Below, one piece after another: positions 23,544-35,457 of a DNA stretch of 64,000 nt. A model generated the notes under the pieces. The model had not been told where the DNA came from. It saw only the letters and a program-made list of their open reading frames with translations, and ran no database searches. The translations under genes and the position numbers were made by a program. The stretch is taken from contig JAMWBK010000005.1 in NCBI GenBank assembly GCA_029953675.1, positions 620,001 to 684,000 on the forward strand, in the 5' to 3' direction. How positions within the stretch are numbered: position 1 is the first letter of the stretch; every line of letters begins with the position of its first letter. The stretch comes from Rhodosorus marinus CCMP1338. Taxonomy: Eukaryota > Plantae > Rhodophyta.

Positions 23544-26412
23544 CTATGAAAGGTCGTCGCTCAACAGCCTTAATCCATTCAAGCCGACCAGCAACGTTCC
23601 CCCTTCATGAATAGTAACTGCTAGCCACAATGGCACGGCCCCAAACGCAGCTGACATTGAAGTAAGCGCCATAAACCCTAGCGCCAAAACTAGGTTCTGC
23701 ACGACTATGGCTCTTGTCGATTTGCTCTTCCGTATATACCACGACAACGAGGAGAGATTCTCATCCATAAATACCACATCGGAGTTTTCAACGGCGGTCG
23801 CACTCCGCAAACCTAAGGAGCAACCAACTGTCGCTCCGGCAAGGGCCGGGGCATCGTTCACACCGTCTCCAACCATTAGCACACTTGCCTTTGAACCTCT
23901 CCAGTCCGACAAAATATCTAGCTTCTCGCTCGGCGATAGGCTGGCATGTACATCATCTAGCGTTCCCACCTCCTTCGATACGCGCTTAGCACTGGTCATG
24001 TTGTCCCCGCTAAGCATGCTCAACTGCGGTTAAGAACGAAGGTCCAAATGAGTGGCGTGTACCTCACAGGAGATGACATGAAGGCAAGAATCTTACTCTA
24101 AGTGAATCGCTCCTCATCGAGGAAACTGCTGATTTGGCGTTTTCCCGAACAACATCATTGAAGCTGAGAACTGCGCGAAATCCATCCTCTGTTGCAAGAA
24201 CTGCAACGATTTCCCCTCGCTCCGTAGAGGCTGCAATGCTCCTGTCGACCAAATCACTGTGCTCCGAGATCCATTCTTCCACAAACGAGGGCTTTCCGAT
24301 CCTCACAGCCCTAAGGGACAAAAAGCATTGAAATTCTTTTTCTCATTAGCCCTGGATCAGCGCGAACTGGGGCGCTACACGGCCTCGCAGGCCCCGGATA
24401 ATGTGTGGGGACGTGCTCACGTTTGCTTTCCGTGTCGTTTTACAGTGCCCTCTAACCCGCGACCCGGGAAAGACCTCGCTTCAGCAACATCACCGGCATG
24501 AATTCCTCTAACCTGAATCTCCTCCTGAAGAGCAGACGCAATAGGATGCACCGCGTGCTGTTCTAGTGCGGCAGCAGTAGAGAGCGCCCATGACCGCAGT
24601 TTACTGCTGGACTTCTCCTCCTCTGCGCCAGAAAATACTTGTACGCCGATCAGCTTGAGGTTTCCGGTTGTTAGGGTGCCAGTCTTGTCGAAAACAACAT
24701 GGTCTACTGTGCCGGTTCGCTCCAGGGTCTTCGCACCCCCTTTCACCAGAACTCCCTTGCGCGCGCACACGCTCAGAGCGCTGAGATATGCAACAGGAGC
24801 GCCGATGACTAACGCGCAGGGACTCGAAGCGATAAGCACTCCCAGCGAGCGGCTGTGCGGAAAGTAAGGAGCCACAGTACTTGAGCAAACAGAGATAAAG
24901 CCAGCAGGCAATAATTGCTTTGGGAGAGCCCTCTTGGAGAGAATAGCCTCAAATCAACCTGCTACTCACCTTAAAGAGCCCCCAGGGCCAAACAATCCTA
25001 TGCTTGGGAAAATAGGCAGCACATGATGCAAAAACGGTAGAAGCGCTCCGATGGCAGCGGAGAGCAGGAGGACGATTTGGGAGTAGCGTTTCCCAAACAA
25101 ATCTATGAAACTTTGCAGTTTTGGTCTGTTTGTTCTGGCTTCCGTTACAAGGCGCACGATCCGAGATAATGTTGATTCTGCTCCGGTCCTGAGCACCTCC
25201 ACGACGATTGACGTATCCAGTGGTTTTGCTCCTGCAGGAACCTCGTCCCCGGCCGACACCGATCGCGGGGTTGATTCTCCCGTTATATGCGAAAGGTTGA
25301 CATATGCGCTTTCAGAGTGCAAAACTCCATCGCAGGGAAGAATCTCGCTGGCCTTAACAAGTAGTCGATCCCCTACTTGCACCTACCAAACGGAAGTAGT
25401 AAACGGGGAGCAGCGGTGAGTTGCACGGTCAGCTTGCGGCATTGAAAGCTTTGACACGGAACCTACGTTATCCACAAGTATTTCCTCGACAACTTCCTTT
25501 GAATTTACGGTCCTCATTCTGAAAGTTTTCTCCGGTGCGAGGTCACGGATAGCGTCCAGGTCGCTTTTTGCCTTATCCGTGATTGCGTGTTCCGCTGCAT
25601 GGGAGAGAGTGAACAGTACCAGTAGAAGACCGCCTTCAAAATAGGCACCAGTTCCATAAGAAGCGAGGGCAGCGATTGTCATTAAGGAGTCAACGCCACT
25701 CTCTCCCTTTGACAACGCTTGTATTGTTGCAATAGAACTCGGGACACCACAAAGAACTAAGACAATTCCGTAGAGAACGTTCGTTGCAAGAATCGGCACA
25801 GCCAGCAGCTTGAGTATGGGTGCCAATACCACACACAAACCACAGGCCAAAGATACATCCACCCTATTTCTCAGATTCAAGATTGTCCCAATCGCTTTGG
25901 TCCTGCGTCGCAAAGGCAAGTGGAGCGAAGCGTAAGTCTTTCCCAGTCGAGAGTGAGAAACAAGTCTCCAAAAAGCAATCACGGAGCAATGATCATTACC
26001 AGGTGCTCCCCTCGGGATCTATTTGGACTGCTGTGGAGCCCCCGCAATGCGTCGTCGCTGAGAGATAATCATCCTCATCAGAACAGCAATCATGATTGTG
26101 ATGTCCATTCCCATTCTCATGACTGTGCCCATTCTCATGACTACGCCCATTCTCATGACTGTGTCCATTCTCGTGACTATGTCCATTCTCGTGACTATGT
26201 CCATTCTCATGACAGTGCCCATTTCCACCGCCCACTAGCACTTGTTTCTTCTCTTGAGCGCGACGCTGAGGCTCATTCCAGATTCCAGCTCCTCCATGAG
26301 CCCGAACAACCAGACCTCGCCTTCTAGATACACTCACCCGACGACTGCTGCCTACTCTAAGCCCGAGCCCGCCAGATACAAAACCCAACCCCAATCTCCC
26401 TTCACCCCTCAT
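23544..26412 (-). CDS. HMA1: Heavy-metal P-type ATPase, P1B-4 subgroup (HMA1-like), with plastid transit peptide and His-rich N-terminus
   Basis: TGES, SSPCALVIGAP (SPC), FDKTGTLTTG, HPIA, GDGVNDAPAL and HEGGT (the P1B-4 signature). The N-terminus GFVSGG...VVRA is transit-peptide-like. Confidence 0.95.
26112..26219. repeat. 18-bp coding tandem repeat x 6, encoding (H/R)SHENG-type units in HMA1
   Basis: CATTCTC(A/G)TGAC...C units from 26112; the minus strand translates as GHCHENGHSHENGHSHENGHSHENGRSHENGHSHEN. Confidence 0.95.
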
Positions 26413-27884
26413 AATTCCAGCGTTCATCGCCCCAACCTCCTCACCTCCTCAATCCCTACCCTTGTAATTTACACCTCCTTCCACATCACACAACTCACCG
26501 AGAAGGCCCTCACCCTTCCTTATAAACCCTCTATGAACCCAAAAACCCATGCAAAAACTCCTCCAACCTCTTCCGCAATCTCAGGTGTCAAAACGCATTA
26601 CTCAACAGCAGACAAGAAAAAACCCCTTTTCGCCCAAAAATGAGTAATTATAAACAGATATGAAATTATTCCAACAATCCTACATTCCCGAGATGTGAGG
26701 ACCAAGCCAGTTCCTTTCAACTCCACCCCCCCCCCGCTCGTTTCTCCTCTATCGTCTAACTTCCACTGAAACATTTCATATCTTTTAATCCAGGAGCTTC
26801 TAAAAACCACAAAAATCCCTTTTAGACCCTTGCCAAAAATATTTATAAACAATAATACGAACATTTAGGAGCAACTATAACCCTCCCTAAGATGTGATAC
26901 ATTTTAGATGTTCTGGAAGATCTGCCAGTTTTCTTTTAGGACCTCTAAGGGGTGTAGGGGGGAGGAGGGATAGTTCGACCAGCTTCTTTTTCTCAGTCAT
27001 GATGATTTTGACTGATATACCCCGCGTTATTATTTGATTGGTCTATCTCACAATGATAGTGATTGAAGTACGGAAGTTGAGTCAAACATTTCTTGTTTTT
27101 CTATTTTTTAACGATTTTGCAATACAGCTGTTTAGTTCTTTGACTGCAATTTATTTCTGTTTTCTGCTTTTTGGCGCTGAGGAGGACGTGAACATACTTT
27201 GGGATTTTTTTTGCCATTGCTTCCGGTGCAGCTGTTTTGTCGATCTCCATCGTATGGTAGTGAAGTCTTCCTGGGGGTGCTTTGTTCCGACTTTAGTTTG
27301 CGGAGCAAGTACTGCCAAAGGTTCCTTGCACCACACGAAATGCGCGTCCGTTTTTAGTGTGGCCCATGTGGAGGTCTTTAGTTTGGGCTTGCGAGGTTTA
27401 CCTCTGCAAGGATCTGATCCGTTTAACCACTGGGCTAAGAATGTTAGATTCGAACCCGTTTCCCATTTGGCACGGTATCTGGTTGTAGTTAAGGAACGTG
27501 ACTATTTGCACGTGAGGGGGGGGTGGAAAGTCTCCCTCGATGCTTATTGCGTTCATGAGTAGAATCTAAAGAGCTGGGTTCCGTAAGAGATCGAATTCTC
27601 TGGTGAGAGAGCAACAGTGGCATTTTGGTGGGGAGCATGTTTGATGTCCATCGCTAGGATTTTGAATTGATAGAAGTGGCACACATGGGCCGTGATGAGA
27701 GTTGACTCCGTTGAAGGAGTTGGACACCATCGAAAATTGCCGGCGAACATTCCTAACGTGCGAAAAAGCAGTCGATGCGGACCCTTCGCATCCGTTGTCC
27801 GGCGTTGTTGTCCCCCGACATCATGGAATCACCCTCGCTAACTTTCTCCTGCGCACATGAAAAAAACAAAAAGGAGTCGGTCTT

Positions 27885-27985
27885 TATAGCAGGATTGGGA
27901 AAACAGCTCTCCTTACTGTCAATCTTCTATCTGACCCGCACACAAGATCGACAGTAAGGAGAGCTGTTTTCCCAATCCTGCTATA
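27885..27985. ncRNA. Perfect 36-bp-stem hairpin (pre-miRNA-like or MITE-like)
   Basis: TATAGCAGGATTGGGAAAACAGCTCTCCTTACTGTC (27885-27920) is the exact reverse complement of 27950-27985. The 29-nt loop has extra ATCTT/AAGAT pairing. The structure is certain; the RNA identity is inferred. Confidence 0.45.
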
Positions 27986-28639
27986 CCAAAGCTGGGTCTC
28001 GCCCACGCCAGACACGCGACTTTCACTTCCACCGAAAACGCACGCCGAAAACGGGACAACGGAAACCATGAAATGGGACAACAATTGTCCCAAAAACAAA
28101 TTATTCTGTTTCAGCTCCTTTCTCGGCAACCGTCCAAAATATTTCAACAAGACAAATCAGAATTTAAAATTTTTTTTGTTGTCAGCGAGATAGCACCATG
28201 GCCAATCCACGTAGCCCCTAGGTCAGAATTGTAAACGACGAATGATTAATCTGGTAGTAAATAAAATGAGAGTTAGCAAGTTTTGCTGGATAGTATTTAG
28301 GCCCCATTAGAAAAACAACCCCACAGTTGGCCTTCTTTGGGCTTCCCACGCACAAAGTTTTGCTTTCATGACGCGGGAAACTTTAATGCTGATAATTTAC
28401 CCGTAAGAATATTCGAACTATACGTCTTGAAATTAAAACTAAAATTTTAATTATTCAATTATTTATATTTTGATATTGTATATACCCCCCTTATAAAGAA
28501 ACTAGTGACGGGAAACTCGGAATCTTTAAAGGGGGGAACTGGCTGAGAGAGGATTTTGTTTACGATCATTTGCGTTTCGGGAGGGTTTGACTGCAGAGTC
28601 ACGACTTTTGCTTCTAATCATATGGGGGTTTGGGAGGGT

Positions 28640-28762
28640 TGCCTGAGGATTGGGATATCTACGGACGACTTGGTTGTCGGTTTGACTGAGATTTGATATC
28701 AACGGACGACCTGTTGTGGGGTTGACTGAGGTTTGGTGTCTGCGGAAGACTTGTTGTGGGGT
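28640..28762. repeat. Degenerate minisatellite, about 40 bp x 3, upstream of the PH-kinase
   Basis: TG(A/C)CTGAG..TT.G...ATC.ACGGA.GAC.TG.TTGT.GG.T units start at 28640, 28683 and 28723. Confidence 0.8.
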
Positions 28763-28983
28763 GGGTCAGTTACATAACTTTTGTATTCTGGATTGGAGTG
28801 GAGTTCGGGTGTGGGGCGGGGGTGGGTGGGGGAGGCGGGTTGGTGGTGGGGGTAAGCTCTTGTGTAGGAAGTGAGAGGATGGTGGAAGCGGTTTAGGTTG
28901 AGAGTGGGGTCTTAGGGTTTGCGAGGAGAGACGCGATTTTAGGAGACCTGGGTTCTCGGTAGAGGAATTTGTTTTTATTAATC

Positions 28984-30774
28984 ATGAAGGGTTACTTGCA
29001 GAAGGTTGGGAAGCGGACGAGGATGCGTGTGCAGAGATACTTTGAGTTGGACGGTACTCAGTTGTCGAGTTGCAGGACGAAAGGATCTGCGCCGACTTGG
29101 ACTGTAGACGTCTCCGATGCCATCCTCACCGGAAACGAGCACATAATGGAGTTGAACATTGAAATCCCCGACTGCAAGACGATTTCTCTGTACGCCGAGA
29201 ATGCACATGCTTTCGCTATGTGGATGCATGCGCTGCAGGTTGCTAGCTCGCGGGTAAGCGGGCCGTGCTACAAATTGTAACCGAGTTCAAAATGTAGAAC
29301 CCATGCTGTTCAATTGTTTGTGTGATAAAATTGCTCGCGCCTACTTTGTGAAGTTGTTTCCTAGCTAGGGGCAGTTCCAACTGACATGTCGCTGTTTCCG
29401 TTCCCAGAAATTTGAACAGTATTATAAAACCAAGGCAGTGCTCGGGGTAGGCAGTTGCTCCGTAGTGAAGGTGGTAGAGAACGTTATAACTGGTGAACAG
29501 TACGCCGCGAAGTTCATCGACAAGAATCGTATGGGGAAGCGATTTGGTGACCATGAACTCAGAACCGTTCGTGGGGTCAACCACCCAAACATTGTAAAGA
29601 CGTGAGCCTCTTGTCCAAATTAAAACGGGACGGTCCTCCTAGGCATTCGCCAAGACTCAAGCTGAATACTGTGACAGGTTTGACGTATTTGAGACGAAAG
29701 ACTTTTACATAATCATATCCGAGAGGATGAAGAGGGGCCAATTGTATGATGTGCTCGCGAAATCTTCTCCGAGTGAACAGGTACCCGCAAACAGATCAGC
29801 CTAAGCCTGTCCTGTGGAATGCGTTTTGACTCTAATTCCCTGTACCCTCTGACAGACAATCAGCCGATACGTGAAGCAAATTCTTCTCGCGCTTGCGCAC
29901 TTGCACGAAAATGGAGTGGTGCACAGGAATCTTAAACCGGAGAACGTGTTTGCGGATGGAGGAGGATCCATCTACACTATCAAAATCAACGATTGCGGAA
30001 CTAGGAACTGGTACAGGGTATTTCCGGAGGACAAGGACCCGGAAGTCCGAGCAATCGGAGATGCAGCATACGTTGCTCCGGAGGTTTTAACTCAGAAAGA
30101 TTTCTCAGATCGAATGGACTTTTATTCCCTGGGTGTGCTCGCCTGCCACATGCTAGTTGGCGTTCCCCCGATGACCGAAAAGACGCCAAACTTAGCTGCT
30201 CCACAATTGGAAAAGGTGTCTTCCGTCGGAGTGCACTTTCTTTCTGGGATGCTGAAGGAGAACCCTGCTGAGCGGCTTTCTCTCAGTCAAGCGCTGGATC
30301 ATCCGTGGATCAAGTCATTCGAGACGCTTCCCACGCACCCCGTCGGTAGGTCCCTCTTCAAATCGTTTCGAGGAGCTTTATCAATTAGCACTAACCTGAA
30401 CCTCCTTGAACTATTTGAATCACGACGCAGGTACTGATCTCAGCGGACTCGCCTCATCGAACCGAAGGGAGGCAGTGCAGCTTGACTTGAGGGAGAAGGA
30501 AAAGAAGGGAACGACTGCGTTTACAACTGCTGGCTCGTACGAAAGGCGTACTCCTGACGTGCTTGTATATGGGGCACGATCTGTTGCTGATCCGAGCGCG
30601 TACTCAATGAATCGGGATCCATGGGGGAGAAAAGCGAACCCTGCCGGACAGAGCAACGGAATGTTCAACGCGGGCAAGACTCAGAAAAAACGAGAGGATG
30701 GGAGCAAGTCTATGGACTTCTCGAAACTTGGACAAAACAGAAACTCTCGAGGACTGTTTCGAGGACTGAAATGA
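28984..30774 (+). CDS. PH domain plus CAMK-like kinase domain protein, probable pseudokinase, multi-exon
   Basis: PH: MKGYLQKVGK...RYFELDGTQL...FAMWMHALQ. Kinase: LGVGSCSVV, YAAKFIDK, NHPNIV, VHRNLKPEN, INDCG, YVAPEV, DFYSLGV, ALDHPWI. The last intron, with a CACTAAC branch point, joins to the 30406-30774 frame. Confidence 0.9.
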
Positions 30775-31037
30775 GTTTAATTGAGTCCAAAAGTACAAAA
30801 GCACTAAATTAATGATAAAAAAAAGTTGTCTCTAGCGAGTGAAATATCCCAATCGCATCCGTCGCTTTATACGCGGTCAAGTACCATATCCAAGGAACGA
30901 GGAGCAAGAGCCCATGAGGTCTTCGAATCCTAGATTTTCAACACTCAGCTGAAGACCGGAGCTCCGTCCTCTCGCGCCCCCCTTTTTCAAAATTTGGGAC
31001 CGCCCTTCTTGTATCACGGCATCGCTGGTTGAGGATA

Positions 31038-31823
31038 TCAAGACTTCCCGTTTGGCCCGGGAACAGGCGAGTACGGAGGAAGCAGATCGAATCTGGTCCC
31101 TATTTTGTAGTAGTCCTGTCGGTTCTTAAGATAGTCGGCCATCATTCTGTAGGAGTCAAGCGACATCCGCCGCTTTTTCAGCAACCAAAACAGTATGTTC
31201 CGGGTGCCCACGTTATTCTTTTGGGATGAGTCGTCTCTGCCGAATATTACTCGGAATTCCTTCGTTTTCAACCAAGGACCCAACTGCACATGATAGGCGA
31301 CACTTGAATCTCTGTATTTTTGACGAGAAGACACAAGATCAGCGGCGCTACCAAGCGCAAGGGCAAGATGCTGTAGTATGACAAAGTTTGGTGTCGTCAC
31401 GTCCTCAGGATATTGGAAAATCCTTCTCGGATACACGTGAAGTCGGTTCTTCGCATCCGCGCGACCGTCATATAGCACAAACTGATCCCTATCCTCATAG
31501 AAGAAGCACTGCGGAGAAAATTCTTTCGGCCTCTTCGACAAAAAAATCAGGTTCCTCTCTCTCAGCCGAGTTCTCACGGGTTCTTCTTGAATCCTCGACT
31601 GCGAACGCCCCCATGACATGAAATGGGGTCCTTGAGTCGTCTTAGAGTTCACAGGATCCAAGAGGCCCGGTTTCATGTCCGTCAGAAACAGTTGGAAAGC
31701 CGACTTCACTTCAAAAGGGTCAAACTTCTTTCTTTTCCCTTTCTTCGCTTTTTTCTTGGTTGCCAGCCATCTTCTCGGCGCGGACGTTACCAAACTCGAA
31801 CTCGATCGTAACCACGAGTTCAT
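31038..31823 (-). CDS. Probably mitochondrion-targeted protein with a HIT-like fold segment
   Basis: 261-codon ORF with the presequence-like MNSWLRSSSSLVTSAPRRWLA. FYEDRDQFVLYDGRADAKNRLHVYPRR resembles the HIT-family N-terminal strand pattern, but no HxHxH is present. Confidence 0.55.
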   Translation of the reverse strand: MNSWLRSSSSLVTSAPRRWLATKKKAKKGKRKKFDPFEVKSAFQLFLTDMKPGLLDPVNSKTTQGPHFMSWGRSQSRIQEEPVRTRLRERNLIFLSKRPKEFSPQCFFYEDRDQFVLYDGRADAKNRLHVYPRRIFQYPEDVTTPNFVILQHLALALGSAADLVSSRQKYRDSSVAYHVQLGPWLKTKEFRVIFGRDDSSQKNNVGTRNILFWLLKKRRMSLDSYRMMADYLKNRQDYYKIGTRFDLLPPYSPVPGPNGKS

Positions 31824-31983
31824 GCTGCCCTTTTGCTCGCAAGAATTACAATCCTATCCTCACCTTTCCCGCAACTACGGCAGACCAGCTTGCATCCTCC
31901 CCGAACATCCGGCTGATCGGTTTGTCTTCTTGAGTGACGGTTTTGGGGGGGAGGGAATCGTACTTGTTGGACTCCGATCGAAA

Positions 31984-32577
31984 CTAGAGGGAGACTTCAA
32001 AACTAGGAATCTTGTTTTTCAGAAGGCTAGTACAATAGGCATTGCTAAGGTCTATTACAGTTCCTGGAAATGCGCTCTTTAAAACAAGTCTCACAAAATT
32101 CGTCCCGAGATCAATCGGAAGCCCAGTCGAACTAACGATGCGAATGCAGTCCTGTGAATCTCCACGCGAGATTTGTATAAAATGCTGGCCGGGAGCTAAG
32201 CGATCCATATTTTCTTCTTGCCAAGCTTTCGAAATATTCTTAGGACTTCACCCCCGTCGCTTGGACAATCGAGATCTGATCAGAACTGAAATCTAGTCAT
32301 ACACTCGCGATTTTTAGGTGCTCCGGCGAGACCGATAAAGCCCGGGTCTTCTCCCGTTTCTCAGTCAATCTGGAACCTAAGGTCAACTTTGCTGAAAAGG
32401 CATGAACTTCTTCCTGAGCTCGTGCCCATAGCACTGTTTCCAACCGCCGCCATCGCCGATTTCGACCATCGCAGTGATCCCATCTAAAAAATATGGGGTG
32501 AGAATGGGATACGTTAAGGTCTTGGTCATGGCAAACGGAAAGGATCGCTTTGGTTTGGTATTGGAAGGTCCAAGCAT
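31984..32577 (-). CDS. Possible small spliced gene, head-to-head with CTNNBL1
   Basis: Protein-like pieces GITAMVEIGDGGGWKQCYGHELRKK and QHFIQISRGDSQDCIRIVSSTGLPIDL. The exon chain was not resolved. Confidence 0.25.
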
Positions 32578-32633
32578 GATATAGAGACTGAAAGCAAGCC
32601 ACTTGATTGTTGGAAGAGGCGGCCACCTTTGGG

Positions 32634-34311
32634 ATGGAACCGGAGATCAAGCGTGTGAGGGTGAACTCGCCAAGCGAGATCGTACCGGAGGTGGATGTGG
32701 AGGCGGAGGAGGTGGAGGTTGACGTGAGGAAGCTTGCTAAGCAGTTAGAAAAAAGCGTAAATAATAACTTGAAGCTGAGAGCGAAGCATGCTGATCAACC
32801 GGAGAATTTTGTGGACTCGGAGGTCGATTTGGATGAGTGTATTCTGAACTTGAGCGCGCTGGCCGCGTCTCCCCAGCTTTTTCCCGAGCTTATAAGGCTT
32901 GGAACAGTCGATACGGTGATCGGTCTTTTGGCTCATGAGAACAACGACATCTGCTCGGATACTGTTAATCTGTTGAACGATCTCCTCTCGCAAGGAGAAG
33001 AGGCTGAAGAGGTAAGATTGCAGCGGACGCCTGACAGCCGTTATCGTCACGATCCCCCCATCTGATGAATTCGATATCTCTCCATGGAACAGGAAGGGTT
33101 AGTATTGCAATTGGCAGAAACATTTCTGAAAAGCAATTGTCCAGCTGCTCTCGCGAGTTGTCTCTCGAGATTCGGCGAGGACGAGGATGGCACAAGGTCC
33201 GTGTACAACGCTCTATCCGTATTCGAAAACCTGCTCGAAATGAAACCGGAAATTTCCGAGGAACTTATGAAGCTATCAAAACTTCGGCAATTCCTCATCA
33301 ACGGCGTTAAGAAGGATCAACCCCATAGCTCTATCAAGCAATACTGCGCCGAGCTACTGGCAATGCTCACTCAGAACGATGACGCTTGTAAGAAACTGAT
33401 ACTTTCTGATGGCGGTAAGAAGACATCGATCTTCCTGTAACGATTGATGTATCGGAGTTGAACTGAAACCCCTCTTGCGCTTCCGAAGGAGTCGATACCA
33501 TTCTCGAATGCATTGGGGATATGCGCAAGAGGGATCCCGAATCTGAGGATGAAAGGGAGACGATTCTAGACTTGTTCAACATCTTATGTTCTGCCATGTT
33601 TATCGACGAGAACAAAACCCTTCTGTATAAAGCGGAAGGCATCCAGCTCATGCTTATCCTTTTACCGAGGAAGAAATGGCTGCGATCGCAGTGTCTGAAG
33701 TTGATTGACTTTTCGATTAACGGAAGGAAAGATGGATGTAAAATTTTCATCGATGCGGGAGGTCTAGGAGTCGTGTTTTCCTTCCTGATGAAAGGTACGA
33801 CAACCCAAACAGTGTTTCTGGGTCATCTTAGGTTCCCATATGAAAAACATGCCCTCTGCTTTCGTCTTTCGGCGTCTTAGTAAAGGGAAAAGAGAGCACC
33901 ACTATGGAGGAGTCTCTCCTCTCCATTATCGTAGAGGTGCTGCGGAGAACTGACGGGCCAGATTTTGAGAGAGCGGTTTGGAAGCTTGAAGAGAATTCAT
34001 ACGAGAAGTTATGGCGTGTGACAGCAATTCTAGCTCAGGCTGCGGTAGATCTGCAACCGTACGGTGACCTGGAGTACAGCGAACGGCTAGATAACGGCCT
34101 ATACCGCGCGCAACTAGCGGCCAAGTGCATTGCGCTCGTGTGTACCAAGGAAACGAACAAGCCAATCGCCGGTGAAATGCTCAAGGAAGTGAGCCTTGAG
34201 CTGAACGATGTCCGCACAAATCTTGAGGAGCTCATTTCTAATATTGACGACGAGGAGGAGGCAAAGTCAGAAAAAGAATTCACCGAAAACCTCATAGAAG
34301 CGGTGCGGTGA
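32634..34311 (+). CDS. CTNNBL1: Beta-catenin-like protein 1 (Prp19/CDC5L spliceosome complex)
   Basis: NNLKLRAKHADQPENFVDSEVDLDECI..LAASPQLFPELIRLG, LLAHENNDI, LSRFGEDEDG..VYNALSVFENLLE, KQYCAELLAML, ILDLFNILCS, EGIQLM and ERLDNGLYRAQL. Confidence 0.92.
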
Positions 34312-35457
34312 TAACGAAGATCGGGCTTCTCCAGAGACATTTCCCAAAATGCTAATTTAACAAGAAGTAAATCCATATCTCGCAAAATCGGTCAAAGGTG
34401 CCACGACTAGACCACTTCATGCAAACCGATTCGGAATGCCCTTAGACAATCCAATGTACCTCTCTGGACAGTGGATGCGACCTAAACGAGCAAACGGATC
34501 CGTTAACAACGGATATTCTGCAATGGACGTCCAAAGCCGCCGACCAGTTCTCGGAAGACATCTAACGCACTGACCAGATCAAACCCGGCACCCACTGCCC
34601 ACAGATCCTCAACCTCAGCCAATCCTGTCGTCGCGTTGACACTCTCTCACTCTCTTAGACCAGTCAAAAACTGCCAATTTATGGATTTTACCAGATCAGA
34701 CTATCTGTGACTGCATGACTTTCCGATAGATCGCCATCAGATCCAACCCCAACGAAGGATACGTCCAGTCCGCCAGCACTGCCCCGAAACGAAGAATCCA
34801 TAATCCGGGGAATAAGAAAAAACCCTCACCGCGAATCTAGTATAAAGACTGATTTACAATCATTATGACTTGCACCTGATCAATCAAATTTGGTATTGAT
34901 CAGTCATTATATTCCCGTGATCAATCAAAACTCGAACATGTTCAGTCATTATTAGATATTTATATTTTTCTCTGGAAGTGGTTAGCAACCGGTGGGAGGT
35001 ATCATGGGTGTCCTAGGACGGGGAAAGAGAAGTCATAAGTGTGTGATTACTTACTCATCAGTAAAGAATAGATACTAATAACTGCTTGGAATACTCATAA
35101 CTATGAAGCTCAACTCAAGAGTTTCCCCTGTAGAGCGTGAGGTTCAGTGCAAAGCAAAAGAAATTGAGGACTGGGGAGGTTCGGTGGGGCAATGGGTTTC
35201 TACTGATTAAGGGGCTAGAGGGGATAAGAGGGTTCGCGGGTTCGTCCGTGAGGGGGGATTGGAGCGTGAGGTGGAGGTGAGGGTGAGGATATTTTTGTGA
35301 GGCTGTTTGTCGTCTGGGTTTTAGAATAACGTGAACTGGCCTCTGTTGGATTTGGTGAAGGTTGGTGCTCTGTGGATACAACTTTTGGGCTGTGTTTCGG
35401 TGGGAGTTGTTTGGATACAACGGGTTGTGGTGGTTTTGGGTTCTGCTGTGGTGAGAT

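Noticed and set aside
27038-27562. 174-aa hydrophobic plus-strand ORF
   Set aside because: It starts at TTG, and its composition reflects the T/G-rich strand skew; no family signal.
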